Program-made: the position numbers and the translations under genes
Source of the DNA: a bacterium
GTDB taxonomy: Bacteria; UBA8248
Assembly (NCBI GenBank): GCA_965213625.1
Contig: CBDBZU010000004.1
Coordinates: 1,088,001 to 1,152,000, forward strand
Length of the DNA stretch: 64,000 nt
Direction of reading: 5' to 3'
Shown: in pieces, positions 58,355 to 64,000 of the stretch
Layout of the letters: each line of letters starts with the position of its first letter
Numbering within the stretch: position 1 is the first letter of the stretch
Notes under the pieces: model-generated
Database searches by the model: none
What the model was told of the DNA's origin: nothing
What the model saw: the letters and a program-made list of their open reading frames with translations, nothing else

Positions 58355-59281
58355 TTATCTTCTCTCGGCCAGTTCGAACAGCGCGCTCCCGAGTCTCTCC
58401 CTCGCTTCGGCGCGGATGGGTTCCGTCGCGTCGGTAAACTCTGCGCGCGCCTCCTCCGCCAGGTCCACGAAAGAGACGCCTTCTTCCTCTAGCTTCCGGC
58501 GAATCGCTATCTCCCCCGCCTGAGCGGCCTCTCTCTGGTGGTCGATGGCCTCGCCGATGCACGCTCGCACCGCCTCTTGGAACTCAGCCGGCCAGGCGTC
58601 GAAACTCTCCCGGTGGGCGAGCAGGGCGCGCGCGCCGTAGAAATGGCCACTCATCGTGATGCGCCTTTGGTGGTCCGTAACGCCGTAGGTCACGGTGTTC
58701 GAAAGCGGATTTTCCTGCGCGTTCACCTCGCCCGATTCGATCATGGCGATTCCTTCCTTGAGCTCCACGGGCACGGCTTCGGCGCCCAGGAGTTCGAAGG
58801 TCCTCACGTGCGTCTCGTTGGGTTGTAAGCGGACACGAAGACCACGGCAATCCTCGGGCGTTCTCACGTCGCGGACGCTGTTCGAGAGATGGCGAAATCC
58901 GTTGTCCCAAAAGCCCAGGTTCTTGTAGCCGGTCTGCGCCTCGATCCGCTCGGTGAGATGCGCGCCGAGCGCGCCGTCGAGCGCGCCGTAGGCGTGGGCG
59001 GAATCTTGGAACAAAAAGGGCAGGTCGACGATTTCCAGTTCGGGAACCCTGTCGGCGAGATAACTCGTCGAGAAATAGCACATGCCGAGCATTCCGCATT
59101 CCACCATGGCGAGCAGGTCGGGCGCGCCGTAGCCGAAATCCATCACGTTCCAGAAGATGTCCGTCTTGACGCCGTCGCCCAACCGCTCGGCCATCTTCTC
59201 CTTGAAGAGAACCATCGCGCGGCTGTGGGAAGTATCGGGCGGGGAATAGCCCCCGATGCGGATGTGGACCGGTTCGGACAT
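58355..59281 (-). CDS. TRAP transporter substrate-binding protein (DctP family)
   Basis: DLPFLF, DNGFRH, GLRVR and AQENP; no obvious signal peptide. Confidence 0.85.
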   Translation of the reverse strand: MSEPVHIRIGGYSPPDTSHSRAMVLFKEKMAERLGDGVKTDIFWNVMDFGYGAPDLLAMVECGMLGMCYFSTSYLADRVPELEIVDLPFLFQDSAHAYGALDGALGAHLTERIEAQTGYKNLGFWDNGFRHLSNSVRDVRTPEDCRGLRVRLQPNETHVRTFELLGAEAVPVELKEGIAMIESGEVNAQENPLSNTVTYGVTDHQRRITMSGHFYGARALLAHRESFDAWPAEFQEAVRACIGEAIDHQREAAQAGEIAIRRKLEEEGVSFVDLAEEARAEFTDATEPIRAEARERLGSALFELAERR

Positions 59282-59492
59282 CTAGAATCGCTCCTTTTCG
59301 AGGATTGAGGGATGAAGCGCACTTGAAAAGCGCGAGCGTATCACATATATCCTCCATCGCCGATTGGAATACGGGTGCTTTCAGTACTGTCATGCAAGTC
59401 CTCGAAACACTCCCCGGGGTCTTGACGCATTCGCCGCGCTGGGGCATCTTCCATCCTCTGATTTGTCCTTCGAAGCCGAGGAGATAGAAAAA

Positions 59493-60098
59493 ATGTCTTC
59501 ACTTCAAGCGCAACTTTTTGTTAAAACCGCTTCCGTCACGCTGAACCTCTTGACGAAAGACTTGCAGAAGAAGTTCGAACCCAAGAAGGGAGATCGGTTC
59601 AACGTAGAGGGCATCACCTACGAGATAGGCCCGCCGAAATTCGTGGATGCCGACAGGGCGATTCGTTTCGAGATCAGTTCGAAAATACCCGGCGAGGAAT
59701 TGCCCGAGTCCTACGATCACGCCAAGTACTTCAAGCAGATCGAGAAGCGCAACGACTCGGCGAAAAAACCCGTTTCCGCCGACATGGAGAATATCGTCCG
59801 CGAGACGCGCGATCAGGAGAGAAAAGAAAGAGATTACGTAAAGCTCACCTACCAGTACGTGGAGAATGAACTCTACGACGATCAGGATATCCTCAAGGAC
59901 ATCGAGGATATATCAAAAGGCTCGAGCGGCAAGGAAGCGCCGCCCAAGGTGCCGGGCGTAACTACCCTGGCGGGCCGCTTGATACTCGAACGTGTGCAAT
60001 CCTCCCTGTATGAGGTGGCGAAAGACAATATCGAGTCGCTCATCGACGCGAACGCGAAAGTACGCGCGGAACTGAAAAAAAGCGCAAAGAAGAAGTAG
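59493..60098 (+). CDS. hypothetical soluble protein (201 aa)
   Basis: GAGGAG RBS, ATG 59493, host-like codon usage, Lys/Glu rich. Confidence 0.75.
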   Translation: MSSLQAQLFVKTASVTLNLLTKDLQKKFEPKKGDRFNVEGITYEIGPPKFVDADRAIRFEISSKIPGEELPESYDHAKYFKQIEKRNDSAKKPVSADMENIVRETRDQERKERDYVKLTYQYVENELYDDQDILKDIEDISKGSSGKEAPPKVPGVTTLAGRLILERVQSSLYEVAKDNIESLIDANAKVRAELKKSAKKK

Positions 60099-60107
60099 GC
60101 CCGCGTC

Positions 60108-61322
60108 ATGGCCCTGCGCCTCGCGGGTTTGACGGCGTATACGCCGCTCGAAAGGATAGCCGACGCCCTCCTCGTTATCGAGGAGGGCGTTTTTTCGTAT
60201 GTGGGGCCGCGAGGCGCATATCCTATGCCCCCCGGTACGCGTGTGCTCGAATTGAAGGGTGCACTGGCGTGTCCCGGCTTTGTGGATATTCAGGTGAACG
60301 GCCTGGGCGCGGATGCGCTCTTGACGGCCGACGCCGACGGCGTACGGCGAATCGCCCGGGAGTTGGCGAGGCGCGGAACGGCCGCTTTTTTGCCCACCCT
60401 CACTACGGCTTCTCAGGATGATTTGATACGCGCCGCCCGTGCGGTAAGCGAAGCGTGTGTGCTTCAACTAGAAGAAGGCGGCGCCGAAGCGCGCATCCTG
60501 GGCGTTCATCTGGAAGGCCCGTATCTGGAACCTGAGATGAGGGGGGCGCATCCGCAGGAGCACATCCGCGCACCCTCGAGAGAAGAGGTCGAGGCGATCG
60601 CGAAGGCTGCGGGAGGCTGGGGTGTGGACGGCGCGCCGGGGCTGGCCATGGTCACCCTCTCACCGGGGGCGCCCGGCGCCGCGGACTTCGCACGCTGGCT
60701 TGCGGCGCATGGCGTCGTTCCCGCCATGGGGCATACGCAGGCGTCGGCCGCCTGTGTGGAGGCGTTTATGGAGGCTGGCGGGGCGTTCGCGGTCCATGCG
60801 TTCAATCGCTACGGGTATCCGGAGACTTCCGCGCACAGGGGCGCCTCACCCATGGATTTCGTCCGAACCGACGCGAGGCTCTCCGCCGGCCTGATAGCGG
60901 ATGGAGTACACGTGGCGCAGCTATCGCTCGCATCTTTCGTACGCGCCAGGGGCTGGGAGCGGACGGTCCTCACTTCGGACCTGGTGGCTGATGGTGGATT
61001 GAGGCCCCGAACCGGCGAAGGGGAGACCAGCGATAAAACGCCGGGCGACGCGGTGGTCCGAGGGGGTGTGCTGAGCGGCAGCCGACTCGCGCTCTCGGGG
61101 ATGCTCCCCAGGCTTAGACAATGGAGCGGTCTCGATGCCGCCCGCGCTCTGGCGACGGCAACGCGAAACCCCGCACGCGTCCTTGGCCTGGAATCCGATT
61201 GGGGCCGTCTCGACCCTGGTCTGCGCGCGGATTTTTGCGTTCTCGATCCCGATTCCCTGGAGCTTACCGCTGCGATGATTAACGGGAAATGGGCCTCTGT
61301 CGCGCCGCCGATTGCAGGCTGA
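60108..61322 (+). CDS. nagA: N-acetylglucosamine-6-phosphate deacetylase
   Basis: PGFVDIQVNG, HLEGPYL..RGAH, MGH, HAFN, IADGVH and ATRNPA. Confidence 0.85.
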   Translation: MALRLAGLTAYTPLERIADALLVIEEGVFSYVGPRGAYPMPPGTRVLELKGALACPGFVDIQVNGLGADALLTADADGVRRIARELARRGTAAFLPTLTTASQDDLIRAARAVSEACVLQLEEGGAEARILGVHLEGPYLEPEMRGAHPQEHIRAPSREEVEAIAKAAGGWGVDGAPGLAMVTLSPGAPGAADFARWLAAHGVVPAMGHTQASAACVEAFMEAGGAFAVHAFNRYGYPETSAHRGASPMDFVRTDARLSAGLIADGVHVAQLSLASFVRARGWERTVLTSDLVADGGLRPRTGEGETSDKTPGDAVVRGGVLSGSRLALSGMLPRLRQWSGLDAARALATATRNPARVLGLESDWGRLDPGLRADFCVLDPDSLELTAAMINGKWASVAPPIAG

Positions 61323-61391
61323 TGAAGATTCGCCCATAATTCGCTTTATTGCTATGCTGCACGGTCGAGCCAGATCCGCCCCGGGCAGTCC

Positions 61392-62981
61392 ATGATGTAT
61401 GACGTCATATTTCACCATGCCATGATATTCGACGGCTTGGGCCACCCCCCTTATGAGGGTGCGCTCGCCGTGCGCGGGGACACCATCGTGGAGGTCGGTC
61501 CCCGGGTGAGCGGCTCCGCCCGCCGCGAAGTCGACGCGCGGGGTCTAGCTTTGAGTCCCGGGTTCGTCGACATTCACGGTCATTCGGATTATTACCTCCT
61601 CATCAATCCCGAGGCGCACGCGAAGGTCCGTCAGGGAGTGACGACCGACGTCGGGGGCAACTGCGGCTACGCCGCCTCCCCGATTCGCGGGGCCGAGTTC
61701 GAAGAGCGCAGAAAATGGTATTGCGAGCAATTCGACTTGGATCTCCCGTTCCAGAGCGTAGGCGAGCACCTCCATCACGTGGACGAGGTAGGCGTTTCGA
61801 TCAACTACGCCCACCTGGTGGGACACAACACGATACGCGCGAGCGTGATGGGGGGCGAGGCGCGCCCGGCCCGCGCGGATGAACTCGCCGCAATGGAGGA
61901 GATGCTCTCGGCAGGCATGAAGCAGGGAGCATTCGGCCTGTCCACCGGATTGGTCTATGCGCCGGCCTGTTTTGCGGATAAAAACGAACTCACGGCCCTT
62001 TGTCGGGTCTCGGCGCGGAGGGGGGGGCTTCTGGCCACCCATATGCGCAGCGAGGGAGACGCTCTGCTCGAGGCGATGGATGAAGTGATGGGCGCGGCCG
62101 CGTTGGCGGGGCTGCCGCTTCAGATCAGCCACTTGAAAACGGCGGGCGAACGCAATTGGGATAAACTCGACGAGGCTTTCGCCCGCATCGAGCGCGCGCG
62201 GGCAAGGGGAGAGGACGTGACCTGCGACCGCTATCCCTATACGGCCTCGAACACCCACCTGAGCGCGCTGTTGCCCGATTGGGCGCATGACGGCGTTCTC
62301 GATGAAAAGGTGGAGCGTCTCGCGAACGCAGAATCCAGAACGAAGATAAGGGGCGAAATCATGACTGCGCACCCCGAGTCCTCTTATTTGGAGAACATTT
62401 TGATCAGCCGGGTGTTCACGGAGGCGAACCGGCCCTGCGAGGGTCTCACCCTCGCGGGTCTGGGTGAGACCCGGAATATGGCTCCTGTGGATGCGATGCT
62501 CGATTTACTGATCGATGAGAGGATGAACGTCGAGATTCTCATTTTCATGATGAGCGCGGAGAACATGCGCCGCATTCTGGGCAAACCCTACGTCATGGTG
62601 GGTTCGGACGCGGGCGCGCTCACGCACGAGCCGCCCCTGGGCGCAGGCAGGCCGCATCCGAGAAATTTCGGCACCTTCCCATTCGTCCTGGGCGCGCTGG
62701 CGCGAGACGAAGGGCTCTTCCCGATGGCCGAGGCGCTCCGGAAGATGACCTCCGCTCCCTGCGAGCGGCTGGGCATAGCGGATCGGGGGCGTCTCGCGGT
62801 CGGGATGAAAGCCGATCTCGTTTTATTCGACCCCGACGAGATACGTGACGAGTGCACCTATGAGCGTCCCATTGCATACCCCCCGGGTGTAGAGATGGTT
62901 CTCGTGAATGGTGAGGTCGTCGTGGAGAGTGGAAGCCATACCGGAGCGCGTCCCGGCAGAGCGCTTCGCAAACACTCGTGA
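61392..62981 (+). CDS. N-acyl-D-amino-acid deacylase (D-aminoacylase)
   Basis: PGFVDIHGHSD, GNCG, HMRSE, ISHLK, YPY and HPRNFGTF. Confidence 0.92.
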   Translation: MMYDVIFHHAMIFDGLGHPPYEGALAVRGDTIVEVGPRVSGSARREVDARGLALSPGFVDIHGHSDYYLLINPEAHAKVRQGVTTDVGGNCGYAASPIRGAEFEERRKWYCEQFDLDLPFQSVGEHLHHVDEVGVSINYAHLVGHNTIRASVMGGEARPARADELAAMEEMLSAGMKQGAFGLSTGLVYAPACFADKNELTALCRVSARRGGLLATHMRSEGDALLEAMDEVMGAAALAGLPLQISHLKTAGERNWDKLDEAFARIERARARGEDVTCDRYPYTASNTHLSALLPDWAHDGVLDEKVERLANAESRTKIRGEIMTAHPESSYLENILISRVFTEANRPCEGLTLAGLGETRNMAPVDAMLDLLIDERMNVEILIFMMSAENMRRILGKPYVMVGSDAGALTHEPPLGAGRPHPRNFGTFPFVLGALARDEGLFPMAEALRKMTSAPCERLGIADRGRLAVGMKADLVLFDPDEIRDECTYERPIAYPPGVEMVLVNGEVVVESGSHTGARPGRALRKHS

Positions 62982-62994
62982 CGGGAGATGGCGA

Positions 62995-64000
62995 ATGCTT
63001 GAAATGGCTACCTGGAAGCTGGTGTTCGGCGCGGTGGGTGTGCTCGCCCTTTCGGGTATCCCCGTCGTTATATGGATGCGCCGCCGCACTGTGAGGCGCG
63101 CAAAGGGTTCTGCTCATGCGTGGGGCGGAGTTTTGGAGGGCAGGTCCCGGGCCGACTCGCCTGACGGCTGGGAGGATGTATCCTCGCGCTTCATCGACGA
63201 TTTCATTCCAGACGTCGATGATGATCAACAACAAGCGGCGCAGAGCGAAAGCGTTCGCGAGGTGACCGCCGATACCCCGGGATCGCTGGATCACGTGGAA
63301 GAAGGCGTGCGGGTCATCGAGGAGGGAAGTCGCCAGGTAGTTGCCGAAGATGAGGTTTCGCCTCCAGAAGCAGTAGGCGAAGCTGCGCCTGAAAATGACG
63401 AGGAGCCCGCGCATTCAACAGATAAGGCGCCCGCCTCGGAGCCGGACGCTCCCTGGTGGGAGGGTTTGACCCCTGCCGAGGATGCGGAACATCGTAGCGT
63501 GTCGGACGAATTGACGAAGGCTTCCCTGGACGAATCGCCTGTTTCTCCGGCGCAAGTCGACCACGAAACGCGATTCGAGGGTGTGCTCACCGATGAGGAG
63601 ATTCTGGAGGCCGCCGAAGTCAGCCAGGGCGTAGACGCCCCGCTGCGCATGCGGATTCCAGCCGTTAGCAAGGTTCGCGAAGACGAGGGAACCGGTGTTG
63701 ATGCGCCTGATGATGAGGAAGAAGGCGAGGAGGAGGTTATTCACCTCACGCGTGAGAGCGAAGGCGCGGCGGATACGCCTGCAGAACCTGCGCGTGAGGC
63801 TCGAGTTGATGACGAGGTCGCGGAAGCCGCACAAGAATCGCAGCCGGAACCGCCACCCGTAGAGCACGATGACGCGCCGCCGTCTCAGCCTGAGGAGCCG
63901 GTTCTCGCGGAAGGTGAACCCGTTGAGGCTTCTCCCGATTCACAAGAACTTGAACCCGAACAGGCGCCTTCGACCACTGAGCCGGAAGAAGGTTCTGCGC
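62995..64000 (+). CDS. partial ORF: N-terminal TM anchor plus long acidic low-complexity region
   Basis: MLEMATWKLVFGAVGVLALSGIPVVIWMRRR, then a D/E/P/A-rich frame that appears open to the window edge; absent from the ORF track. Confidence 0.7.
   Translation, partial: MLEMATWKLVFGAVGVLALSGIPVVIWMRRRTVRRAKGSAHAWGGVLEGRSRADSPDGWEDVSSRFIDDFIPDVDDDQQQAAQSESVREVTADTPGSLDHVEEGVRVIEEGSRQVVAEDEVSPPEAVGEAAPENDEEPAHSTDKAPASEPDAPWWEGLTPAEDAEHRSVSDELTKASLDESPVSPAQVDHETRFEGVLTDEEILEAAEVSQGVDAPLRMRIPAVSKVREDEGTGVDAPDDEEEGEEEVIHLTRESEGAADTPAEPAREARVDDEVAEAAQESQPEPPPVEHDDAPPSQPEEPVLAEGEPVEASPDSQELEPEQAPSTTEPEEGSA

Overview
GC-rich bacterial chromosomal window. The gene content (taurine ABC importer, tripartite tricarboxylate and TRAP transporters, dense palindromic repeats, scattered TA/RM genes) suggests an uncultured, possibly host-associated organism; that is inference only. 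Metabolic and housekeeping genes are interrupted by repeat-rich hotspots (about 8.4-8.8, 14.3-16.5, 31.6-33.1, 38.9-41.0 and 45.8-46.2 kb) carrying accessory defence genes. Main hidden signals: (1) a PrdB/GrdB-family selenoprotein split in the ORF track, with an in-frame TGA in a UxxC motif and a SECIS-like hairpin (16848-17648); (2) a 13-kb AT-richer segment containing aroE, a lone mreB and a GAF-GAF-degenerate-GGDEF gene, bracketed by ~55-65 bp inverted repeats built from 10-bp GATAAATT units; (3) an IS1182 inserted in the hairpin loop of a ~170-bp MITE-like repeat with a CTCAA target duplication, and an identical junction at a second site; (4) accessory genes bounded by a 28-bp GTAG REP palindrome; (5) a type IIG-like RM gene and a hicA toxin, each broken by one in-frame TAG; (6) tctCBA flanked by a duplicated MFS 3' end. 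No tRNA, rRNA or CRISPR array was recognised.
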